Below are positions 1 to 7,650 of a DNA stretch of 64,000 nt, piece by piece (the first letter of the stretch is position 1; every line of letters begins with the position of its first letter). The DNA lies in assembly GCF_041886205.1 (NCBI RefSeq), contig NZ_CP169029.1. The stretch is one strand, 5' to 3'. This DNA is from Escherichia coli. Lineage in GTDB: Bacteria > Pseudomonadota > Gammaproteobacteria > Enterobacterales > Enterobacteriaceae. The notes beneath the pieces were generated by a model. The model did not search any database and was not told where the DNA came from. It worked only from the letters and a program-made list of their open reading frames with translations. A program made the translations under genes and the position numbers.

Positions 1-14
1 TCCAGAGGGGCAGA

Positions 15-38
15 ATAACCACACCGGAGTGTGGTTAT
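15..38 (-). other. Perfect 10-bp stem / 4-nt loop hairpin just 3' of yjbE (ATAACCACAC-cgga-GTGTGGTTAT)
   Basis: Read directly: 15-24 pairs with 29-38. No adjacent U-run, so a role as intra-operon attenuator, processing site or stability element is only a guess. Confidence 0.4.
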
Positions 39-106
39 GGTTAATCCCCTTCATATTTCAAGCCACAGATGCGATGACTCGAATTATTTTGGGGATACAT
101 ACTTTA

Positions 107-349
107 TTACTGGGTACTGGTGGTTGTGGTTGTGGTGGTCCCGGTATTAGAACCATCACCGCCACCGGTTGCCGCGAGCGCGACACCCACCGCCGAGCTT
201 ACGGTGCTGACGCTGGTCGCGGAGGAACTCCCCGCCGAAACCGACGTTGCTGCCGACCCTGCCGCTTCGCCCACCTGTACAGGTGCAGCCCACGCAGAAG
301 TCGCCGCAAGCGCAGATATGGCAAAAATGCCATACAGAACTTTTTTCAT
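107..349 (-). CDS. yjbE: YjbE, small secreted Ser/Thr/Gly/Ala-rich protein (first gene of the yjbEFGH exopolysaccharide operon)
   Basis: 80-aa ORF with a signal-peptide-like N-terminus ([21 protein letters not shown]) and a low-complexity remainder. Its position next to pgi matches K-12 order. Confidence 0.85.
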
Positions 350-651
350 AACAATTTCCCTTCATTGAATGAATGGAGATTTACCCAAAAACATTTCGGG
401 CGGGATCGAGTATACACAACTAAAGCATGCGAATTACGGCGCGGGGAATTAGCGATGGTGTTTTAGGATAATTGGAATGAATATCAAATATAAGTTTCAA
501 CTTATATTTAAATAACAATAAAAATCATAAACTTAAAATAAAAACAAAAGTAATTAATCTGCGTATTCTCCGAAATAAACAACGATTAAAAATCTATTTT
601 AGGATTAACCTCACGGTATGATTTCCGTTAAATCACAGACAAGGGGATTTA

Positions 652-692
652 TCTGATAAAACAATACCGACTTATTGTCGGCATTGTTTTTA
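652..692 (-). terminator. Rho-independent terminator downstream of pgi
   Basis: Imperfect 13-bp hairpin 658-690 (aaaacaataccgac / gtcggcattgtttt) with A/T-rich flanks that give a U-run on the minus strand. It lies about 120 nt 3' of the pgi stop. Confidence 0.6.
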
Positions 693-750
693 AGGTTATT
701 TAACTCCTCATACTATGCATTAATGTCGATATTGGCATCAGGCTCCGGTT

Positions 751-785
<35 letters not shown>

Positions 786-810
786 TATCGGCATCAGGCA
801 CGCATGATGA

Positions 811-2460
811 TTAACCGCGCCACGCTTTATAGCGGTTAATCAGACCATTGGTCGAGCTATCGTGGCTGCTGATTTCTTTATCATCTTTCAGCTCTGGCAG
901 AATACGGTTCGCCAGCTGTTTACCCAGTTCCACGCCCCACTGGTCGAAGGTGAAGATGTTCAGGATCACGCCCTGAGTAAAGATTTTGTGCTCATACAGC
1001 GCAATCAACGCACCCAGGCTGAACGGAGTGATTTCGCGCAGCAGGATAGAGTTGGTCGGGCGGTTACCTTCGAACACTTTGAACGGCACCACGTAGTCAA
1101 GCGTTGCCGGATCTTTACCCTGATCGCGATATTCCTGCTCAACCACTTCGCGGGATTTACCAAACGCCAGCGCTTCGGTCTGAGCAAAGAAGTTAGACAG
1201 CAGTTTCTGGTGATGATCAGAGAGCGGGTTATGGGTGATAGCCGGAGCGATGAAATCGCACGGTACCATTTTGGTTCCCTGGTGGATCAGCTGGTAGAAC
1301 GCGTGCTGACCGTTAGTGCCTGGTTCACCCCAGATAATCGGGCCAGTCTGGTAATCCACAACGTTACCGTTACGGTCAACATACTTACCGTTGGACTCCA
1401 TATTGCCCTGCTGGAAGTACGCCGCGAAACGGTGCATATACTGGTCATACGGCAGAATCGCTTCAGTTTCCGCACCAAAGAAATTGTTGTACCAGATGCC
1501 AATCAGCGCCAGCAGGACAGGCAGGTTTTTCTCGGCAGGCGTGGTGGAGAAATGCTTGTCCATCGCGTGTGCGCCAGAAAGCAGTTCAACGAAGTTATCA
1601 AAGCCGATGGAGAGAACAATCGACAGGCCAATCGCTGACCACAAAGAGCAACGGCCGCCAACCCAGTCCCAGAACTCGAACATGTTGGCAGTATCAATAC
1701 CAAACTCGCCAACGGCTTTGGCATTGGTGGAAAGCGCCGCAAAGTGTTTTGCAACGTGTTTTTCATCACCTGCCGCTTTCAGGAACCAGTCACGCGCGCT
1801 ATGGGCGTTGGTCATGGTTTCCTGAGTGGTGAAGGTTTTAGATGCTACCAGGAACAGCGTGGTTTCCGGGTTTACTTTTTTCAGCACTTCCGCGATGTGA
1901 GTCCCATCGACGTTAGAAACAAAGTGCATGTTCAGGTGGTTTTTGTACGGACGCAGAGCTTCGGTCACCATGTATGGGCCGAGGTCAGAACCGCCGATCC
2001 CGATGTTCACTACGTCAGTGATTGCTTTGCCGGTATAACCCTTCCACTCACCGGAAATAATCGCTTCTGAGAAGGTTTTCATCTTCTCCAGCACCGCGTT
2101 GACTTCCGGCATTACGTCTTTGCCATCAACCAGAATCGGGGTATTGCTACGGTTACGCAGCGCTACGTGCAGCACGGCACGGTTTTCAGTGCGGTTGATC
2201 TTCTCGCCAGAGAACATCGACTTAATCGCGCCCGCCAGATCGCACTCTTTCGCCAGATCTTGTAATTTCGCCAGCGTCTCTTCAGTGATGCGGTTTTTGG
2301 AGTAATCCACCAGCATCTGATCGTCGAATGTTGCGGAGAACTTAGAAAAACGATCGCCGTCTTTAGCAAAAAGATCGGCGATCGTAACGTCTTTCATTTC
2401 ATCGAAGTGTTTCTGTAGTGCCTGCCAGGCAGCGGTCTGCGTTGGATTGATGTTTTTCAT
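811..2460 (-). CDS. pgi: Glucose-6-phosphate isomerase
   Basis: 549-aa product starting [15 protein letters not shown]. The ATG at 2460 is preferred over the upstream TTG used by the ORF track. Full-length PGI sequence ending NRYKAWRG. Confidence 0.98.
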   Translation of the reverse strand: MKNINPTQTAAWQALQKHFDEMKDVTIADLFAKDGDRFSKFSATFDDQMLVDYSKNRITEETLAKLQDLAKECDLAGAIKSMFSGEKINRTENRAVLHVALRNRSNTPILVDGKDVMPEVNAVLEKMKTFSEAIISGEWKGYTGKAITDVVNIGIGGSDLGPYMVTEALRPYKNHLNMHFVSNVDGTHIAEVLKKVNPETTLFLVASKTFTTQETMTNAHSARDWFLKAAGDEKHVAKHFAALSTNAKAVGEFGIDTANMFEFWDWVGGRCSLWSAIGLSIVLSIGFDNFVELLSGAHAMDKHFSTTPAEKNLPVLLALIGIWYNNFFGAETEAILPYDQYMHRFAAYFQQGNMESNGKYVDRNGNVVDYQTGPIIWGEPGTNGQHAFYQLIHQGTKMVPCDFIAPAITHNPLSDHHQKLLSNFFAQTEALAFGKSREVVEQEYRDQGKDPATLDYVVPFKVFEGNRPTNSILLREITPFSLGALIALYEHKIFTQGVILNIFTFDQWGVELGKQLANRILPELKDDKEISSHDSSTNGLINRYKAWRG

Positions 2461-2699
2461 TAGCAATACTCTTCTGATTTTGAGAATTGTGACTTTGGAA
2501 GATTGTAGCGCCAGTCACAGAAAAATGTGATGGTTTTAGTGCCGTTAGCGTAATGTTGAGTGTAAACCCTTAGCGCAGTGAAGCATTTATTAGCTGAACT
2601 ACTGATCGCCAGGAGTGGATGAAAAATCCGCATGACCCCATCGTTGACAACCGCCCCGCTCACCCTTTATTTATAAATGTACTACCTGCGCTAGCGCAG

Positions 2700-2925
2700 G
2701 CCAGAAGAGGCGCGTTGCCCAAGTAACGGTGTTGGAGGAGCCAGTCCTGTGATAACACCTGAGGGGGTGCATCGCCGAGGTGATTGAACGGCTGGCCACG
2801 TTCATCATCGGCTACAGGGGCTGAATCCCCTGGGTTGTCACCAGAAGCGTTCGCAGTCGGGCGTTTCGCAAGTGGTGGAGCACTTCTGGGTGAAAATAGT
2901 AGCGAAGTATCGCTCTGCGCCCACC
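2700..2925 (+). promoter_or_regulatory. Lysine riboswitch (L-box) in the lysC 5' leader
   Basis: Long structured leader between the divergent pgi and lysC genes. Segments gaggcgcgttgcc...ggaggagcc...gagggg...ggctgaatcccctgg...ctctgcgcc match the known E. coli lysC L-box as I recall it. Confidence 0.8.
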
Positions 2926-2984
2926 CGTCTTCCGCTCTTCCCTTGTGCCAAGGCTGAAAATGGATCCCCTGACACGAGGTAGTT

Positions 2985-4334
2985 ATGTCTGAAATTGTTG
3001 TCTCCAAATTTGGCGGTACCAGCGTAGCTGATTTTGACGCCATGAACCGCAGCGCTGATATTGTGCTTTCTGATGCCAACGTGCGTTTAGTAGTCCTCTC
3101 GGCTTCTGCTGGTATCACTAATCTGCTGGTCGCTTTAGCGGAAGGGCTGGAACCTGGCGAGCGATTCGAAAAACTCGACGCAATCCGCAATATCCAGTTT
3201 GCCATTCTGGAACGTCTGCGTTACCCGAACGTTATCCGTGAAGAGATTGAACGTCTGCTGGAGAACATTACTGTTCTGGCAGAAGCGGCGGCGCTGGCAA
3301 CGTCTCCGGCGCTGACAGATGAGCTGGTCAGCCACGGCGAGCTGATGTCGACCCTGCTGTTTGTCGAAATCCTGCGCGAACGCGATGTTCAGGCACAGTG
3401 GTTTGATGTACGTAAAGTGATGCGTACCAACGACCGATTTGGTCGTGCAGAGCCAGATGTAGCCGCGCTGGCGGAACTGGCCGCGCTGCAGCTGCTCCCA
3501 CGCCTCAATGAAGGCTTAGTGATCACCCAGGGATTTATCGGTAGCGAAAATAAAGGTCGTACAACGACGCTTGGCCGTGGAGGCAGCGATTATACGGCAG
3601 CCTTGCTGGCGGAGGCTTTACACGCATCTCGTGTTGATATCTGGACCGACGTCCCGGGCATCTACACCACCGATCCACGCGTGGTTTCCGCAGCAAAACG
3701 CATTGATGAAATCGCGTTTGCCGAAGCGGCAGAGATGGCAACTTTTGGTGCAAAAGTACTGCATCCGGCAACGTTGCTACCCGCAGTACGCAGCGATATC
3801 CCGGTCTTTGTCGGCTCCAGCAAAGACCCACGCGCAGGTGGTACGCTGGTGTGCAATAAAACTGAAAATCCGCCGCTGTTCCGCGCGCTGGCGCTTCGTC
3901 GCAATCAGACTCTGCTCACTTTGCACAGCCTGAATATGCTGCATTCTCGCGGCTTCCTCGCGGAAGTTTTCGGCATCCTCGCGCGGCATAACATTTCGGT
4001 AGACTTAATCACCACGTCAGAAGTGAGCGTGGCATTAACCCTTGATACCACCGGTTCAACCTCCACTGGCGATACGTTGCTGACGCAATCTCTGCTGATG
4101 GAGCTTTCCGCACTGTGCCGGGTGGAGGTGGAAGAAGGTCTGGCGCTGGTCGCGTTGATTGGCAATGACCTGTCAAAAGCCTGCGGCGTTGGCAAAGAGG
4201 TATTCGGCGTACTGGAACCGTTCAACATTCGCATGATTTGTTATGGCGCATCCAGCCATAACCTGTGCTTCCTGGTGCCCGGCGAAGATGCCGAGCAGGT
4301 GGTGCAGAAGCTGCATTTTAATTTGTTTGAGTAA
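2985..4334 (+). CDS. lysC: Lysine-sensitive aspartokinase III
   Basis: 449-aa ORF starting MSEIVVSKFGGTSVADFDAMNRSADIV; aspartokinase with C-terminal ACT domains. Confidence 0.98.
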   Translation: MSEIVVSKFGGTSVADFDAMNRSADIVLSDANVRLVVLSASAGITNLLVALAEGLEPGERFEKLDAIRNIQFAILERLRYPNVIREEIERLLENITVLAEAAALATSPALTDELVSHGELMSTLLFVEILRERDVQAQWFDVRKVMRTNDRFGRAEPDVAALAELAALQLLPRLNEGLVITQGFIGSENKGRTTTLGRGGSDYTAALLAEALHASRVDIWTDVPGIYTTDPRVVSAAKRIDEIAFAEAAEMATFGAKVLHPATLLPAVRSDIPVFVGSSKDPRAGGTLVCNKTENPPLFRALALRRNQTLLTLHSLNMLHSRGFLAEVFGILARHNISVDLITTSEVSVALTLDTTGSTSTGDTLLTQSLLMELSALCRVEVEEGLALVALIGNDLSKACGVGKEVFGVLEPFNIRMICYGASSHNLCFLVPGEDAEQVVQKLHFNLFE

Positions 4335-4346
4335 TATTTCCCTACT

Positions 4347-4377
4347 GGCGTATAACGCTCACCAATTGTTATACGCC
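4347..4377 (+). terminator. Hairpin 3' of lysC (possible terminator)
   Basis: 10-bp perfect stem ggcgtataac / gttatacgcc with an 11-nt loop, 13 nt after the lysC stop. No clear U-run. Confidence 0.4.
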
Positions 4378-4478
4378 ATCCTCACTGAAAATATAGATTA
4401 AATAATATCTGAAAAATAAAATCACTCCTGTAGAACAGTATTATAATCACCGAAAAATATTATTTAACAGGAGTGTTA

Positions 4479-5405
4479 ATGGCTACTTTAATGGAAAAAG
4501 ATGCACTTTTAAATGGCACCAGTCAGTGCATCGCGTTTTTATCAAATATCGTTGATAATTGCTCAGTTTCGTCACGTCAGGATTCAGGCGATGATCTCAC
4601 ACGATTAGTCAGCTATCGCGATTATCTTTACTCTACCCCCGCTGAACTTGTTGATTTTACACAGGGAAAGAGTCACCTTCAGCAGATTAGAACTCAATAT
4701 CAGCATGAATTCAACAATACTACGCATTCAGAAAATAAAGCATCTTTTGATTCTATTTGGCAGCGTCTGACAAATCATGAAGTCACACCGCAACAGCATC
4801 CCATTGGTTTTGTTTTAGGTGGGCAACCCGGAGCAGGTAAATCATCTCTGATTGAATTAGCCAAAAGAGAGACAAAAGATAATATAATGATTATTAACGG
4901 TGATGATTTTCGATTTCTACACCCTGATTTTAATTATATCTACCAAAATTATGGGGATGATTTTGTTACCCATACAGCGAAATTTTCCGGCGAAACGGTC
5001 GAACGTGCAATTGAGAGAGCGATAGTCAGTAAACTCAACATTGTTGTCGAAGGAACATTTCGTAATGCCGCTACGCCGTTACAAACATTAAAAAAACTCA
5101 AAGATGCAGGCTACCAAACAGAAGTCATGATAAAAACAACCTCAGCGGCATTAAGCTGGGAAAGCACCAATGAACGGTATAATAAGGACAAAGAGGCGGG
5201 AAATATTGCCCGAAAAGTGGATAAAAACCACCATGATATCGTCACCGGTTTGCTGGCAGAAAATGCCCGCAAGGTGTTTGCTTCGAACCTGTCAGATAAG
5301 TTTGCGGTGTATTCGCGTGAGAAGATGATATTTAGTTCACAAGCGGCAACGAATGACGATATTGCAACGCTTATACAGAATGAAATCAGCGGGAATACAC
5401 AATAA
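4479..5405 (+). CDS. ezeT: Zeta-toxin-family P-loop kinase with an N-terminal extension of about 100 aa (EzeT-like single-chain toxin-antitoxin candidate)
   Basis: ATG at 4479 lies 5 nt after AGGAG (4469-4473). Walker A GGQPGAGKSS is at 4818-4847. The downstream IINGDDFRFLHPDF motif resembles the zeta/PezT catalytic Asp region. There is no separate epsilon-like ORF upstream. The symbol is assigned from recalled domain architecture, not from an alignment. Confidence 0.7.
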   Translation: MATLMEKDALLNGTSQCIAFLSNIVDNCSVSSRQDSGDDLTRLVSYRDYLYSTPAELVDFTQGKSHLQQIRTQYQHEFNNTTHSENKASFDSIWQRLTNHEVTPQQHPIGFVLGGQPGAGKSSLIELAKRETKDNIMIINGDDFRFLHPDFNYIYQNYGDDFVTHTAKFSGETVERAIERAIVSKLNIVVEGTFRNAATPLQTLKKLKDAGYQTEVMIKTTSAALSWESTNERYNKDKEAGNIARKVDKNHHDIVTGLLAENARKVFASNLSDKFAVYSREKMIFSSQAATNDDIATLIQNEISGNTQ

Positions 5406-5431
5406 TAATAAGAGCTGATGGCGTGAAATAA

Positions 5432-5452
5432 CGCCGGGCATCACGCCCGGCG
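5432..5452. terminator. GC-rich hairpin between the convergent kinase and NTase genes (possible bidirectional terminator)
   Basis: cgccgggc-atcac-gcccggcg is an 8-bp stem. The NTase stop codon (5441-5443) sits in the loop. No U-runs on either side. Confidence 0.4.
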
Positions 5453-6241
5453 CATTACCGTCTGGTACATTAAGCTATCCAGTTCCTTAACGTCCCCTTC
5501 TCTGCTATCCGGTAACAGCGGTGGAATTTCCCCACGCGCCAGTTCCGCACGAATAAACGCATGTAACAATGGACGGCGCGGACCATATTCCGCTTCTCCT
5601 GCGCGCTGTTTACGTCCCAGTAATTCGTCTATTTCTGCACGTAACGGCGCATCAAGTTCACTTCCCGCCAGTAGCTCAGCAAAGCGCATTGGCGGCACGC
5701 CTTTTCCCGCTTCGACCCAGCGCACGGCCAGCAGCGGACGCAGCACGTAAAAGTATTTTTTCAGTCGAACTTCATCGCCCTGCAAATATCCGCGGAAGTT
5801 TTTCTGCGCCATCGAATAGTAATGCCAGCGCGCACGCAGCGGAGAAAACCACATTGGGACCATTGCCTTAAGCGCCGTTATCGTTTCTTCATCTTGTTGA
5901 TAGACCACCGGAGAATCCAGCCATTCTATCAGCGTCGGGTTCGCGCCTTTCAATAATCCCAGCGCCTTACGCCACTCCCAACCGGAAACATCTAACTCGT
6001 CGTCGATGGGCAGCTCGATAACATCGCGCGGCGGCTCCACCCGCAGATACCATTCCAGCGGGTGAACATACAAAAACCGTACATCGTAGTCGCTGTCGGG
6101 CGAGGCAAACCCCCAGCCGCGGCTCCCGGATTCACAGGCATACAGCACTTTCACGCCGTAGCGCCGTTCTATTTCTTTTAACTGCTGCGATACCCGTTCG
6201 CGCATCGCAGCACTGACTCCATTTAATGGCATGTTACTCAC
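5441..6241 (-). CDS. Pol-beta-superfamily nucleotidyltransferase, COG3541/PF10127 (RlaP)-like
   Basis: 266-aa ORF with the NTase signature GSRGWGFASPDSDYD (6083-6127; hG[GS]-x9-13-DxD). A helical region follows (WEWRKALGLLKGANPTLIEWLDSPVVY). The GTG at 6241 overlaps the upstream stop; an alternative ATG is at 6232. Confidence 0.75.
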   Translation of the reverse strand: MSNMPLNGVSAAMRERVSQQLKEIERRYGVKVLYACESGSRGWGFASPDSDYDVRFLYVHPLEWYLRVEPPRDVIELPIDDELDVSGWEWRKALGLLKGANPTLIEWLDSPVVYQQDEETITALKAMVPMWFSPLRARWHYYSMAQKNFRGYLQGDEVRLKKYFYVLRPLLAVRWVEAGKGVPPMRFAELLAGSELDAPLRAEIDELLGRKQRAGEAEYGPRRPLLHAFIRAELARGEIPPLLPDSREGDVKELDSLMYQTVMRRA

Positions 6242-7365
6242 CCTTTGATATTAACCAACCCATGCAGAACCTGATCCAGACCGCCAAATACAGAGATGTT
6301 ATCGATCCGCTCAGCCACTCTCTCCAGCGTTTCTAGCTCTTTTAAACGCAACGCTACCGGATTGTTCTCCATGACTTTGGCGGTGTTCAGTAACGAGCGC
6401 GTCGCTGCCGTTTCTTCACGTCGGCGAATCACATTCGCCTGCGCAGATTTCTCCGCCTCAACCAGCTGCGCAAGGATATTTTTCATATCGCCAGGCAGGA
6501 CGATATCTTTCACCCCTAATGAAGCAATCTCCATACCAAATGGCAACATGCGCGATTTCACCTGTTCGCTGACAACGTCATCAATGACCTGTTTATCTTC
6601 CAGCAGTTCATCCAGCGTACGAGTACCTACCGCTTCACGCAGGGCAAATTGCAATTCCCGATACAAATGATCAATCGGCTTCGTTAACTGACTAAATGCT
6701 AATAACACGTCGCTGTAGCGCCAGTTAGCCGCGAGGTTAATCCGCAGATTGACCTTATCTTTCGTTAAGATTTCTTGCCCGCTGACTTCCAGTACCTGCA
6801 AGCGGGTGTCAACCACTTCAGTTTCAACCAGATGGTTAATTTTCCAGTACGCGGTAAGCCCCGGCGGTAACAGCGCCTGCGTTTCACCATCGATTTTCAG
6901 CACGCCTACATGCCAGGCCGGAACCTGCACCGTCAGTATCGCATCGCGGCCTTTAACAACTCCTTTGCGCCGTGGCTGTAATACCGCATTCATCACCTCC
7001 GTTTGTACCGGGACTTGCTGCGTATTCATCCGCACCAGCGTCAAATCATCCTCTACACGCCAGTACAAACGACGCGTTGATGGCAGCAGGATCTCCAGCA
7101 AAATACCGTCCATATACAACGCCCCGGCTTCAGTCTCCGACAAGTCTGCCACCAGGCAATATTTCTCCACCCAATCAGGCTGAAAGCGGCGCAAATAGTC
7201 CGCCAGCACGTCGGGAACTTCGCTACCATCCAGCGTAATCAGCAACACTTCCGGGGTATTAAACCAGGGTAAAAAATGCTCGCCTGCATGTAGCACTTTG
7301 TAGTAATCGCCGTTTCTGGAGAGTAATGCCAGCTGATCTTTTCTTACGCTTATTTTTTTAATCAT
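6238..7365 (-). CDS. SPFH/Band-7 (stomatin/prohibitin/flotillin/HflKC) domain protein with no obvious membrane anchor
   Basis: 375-aa ORF. The C-terminal half carries classic SPFH motifs (QEILTKDKVNLRINL, LREAVGTRTLDELLEDK, FGMEIASLGVKDIVLP, AEKSAQANVIRRREETAA, NPVALRLKELETL). AAGGA lies about 8 nt before the ATG at 7365. No long hydrophobic segment is visible. Confidence 0.8.
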   Translation of the reverse strand: MIKKISVRKDQLALLSRNGDYYKVLHAGEHFLPWFNTPEVLLITLDGSEVPDVLADYLRRFQPDWVEKYCLVADLSETEAGALYMDGILLEILLPSTRRLYWRVEDDLTLVRMNTQQVPVQTEVMNAVLQPRRKGVVKGRDAILTVQVPAWHVGVLKIDGETQALLPPGLTAYWKINHLVETEVVDTRLQVLEVSGQEILTKDKVNLRINLAANWRYSDVLLAFSQLTKPIDHLYRELQFALREAVGTRTLDELLEDKQVIDDVVSEQVKSRMLPFGMEIASLGVKDIVLPGDMKNILAQLVEAEKSAQANVIRRREETAATRSLLNTAKVMENNPVALRLKELETLERVAERIDNISVFGGLDQVLHGLVNIKG

Positions 7366-7518
7366 TATCTATTCCTTGCTTAACAGCCGTCGCGGAAGCA
7401 GACACGAAGCGACAGGGGAATTCCCTTTTGCCTGTTACCCGGCGTCTTTATCGGCGACGTTATCGGGGATCGCTGACTGCGCAATCCCTCATTTTTTATT
7501 TAATAAGTTACAACCAGT

Positions 7519-7650
7519 ATTCATTTCAGGAATGAATGTGGGAATCGAACCCATAATTGGCGTCAAAGGCTGACGGAACACGCCCGGAAAACAGCCTGAC
7601 CGTTCCTGGTGTGCCGACGGGGTTTAACCCCCTTTGAAATTCAGTTTCAA
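7519..7650 (-). ncRNA. Candidate tRNA-like non-coding RNA upstream of the SPFH-NTase operon
   Basis: The minus strand has a canonical T-arm, aUGGG-UUCGAUU-CCCAc (7554-7538). Acceptor-like pairing joins 7645-7639 to 7537-7531 (6 of 7 bp). A cgtc/gacg-closed long arm spans 7619-7561, and there is a small GGGG/CCCC hairpin. The boundaries and the fold are hand-drawn, not computed. Confidence 0.4.

Noticed and set aside
29-466. Three ORFs (145, 82 and 69 aa) overlapping yjbE.
   Set aside because: These are alternative frames or strands of the low-complexity, GC-rich repeat that encodes the Ser/Thr/Gly-rich YjbE. Only the 80-aa minus-strand frame has a signal peptide and matches the known gene.
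2660-3205. 181-aa minus-strand ORF spanning the lysC leader and start.
   Set aside because: It overlaps the lysine riboswitch and the 5' end of lysC on the opposite strand. No support beyond being open.
4290-4334. Possible amino-acid differences from my memory of K-12, for example LysC C-terminus KLHFNLFE versus KLHSNLFE, and RpoC C-terminal [11 protein letters not shown] versus ...QVTAED near 49480.
   Set aside because: These rest only on recollection of non-motif residues and cannot be verified without an alignment. They are most likely ordinary strain polymorphism. Unlike the pgi change, they do not hit a signature motif that I can name.
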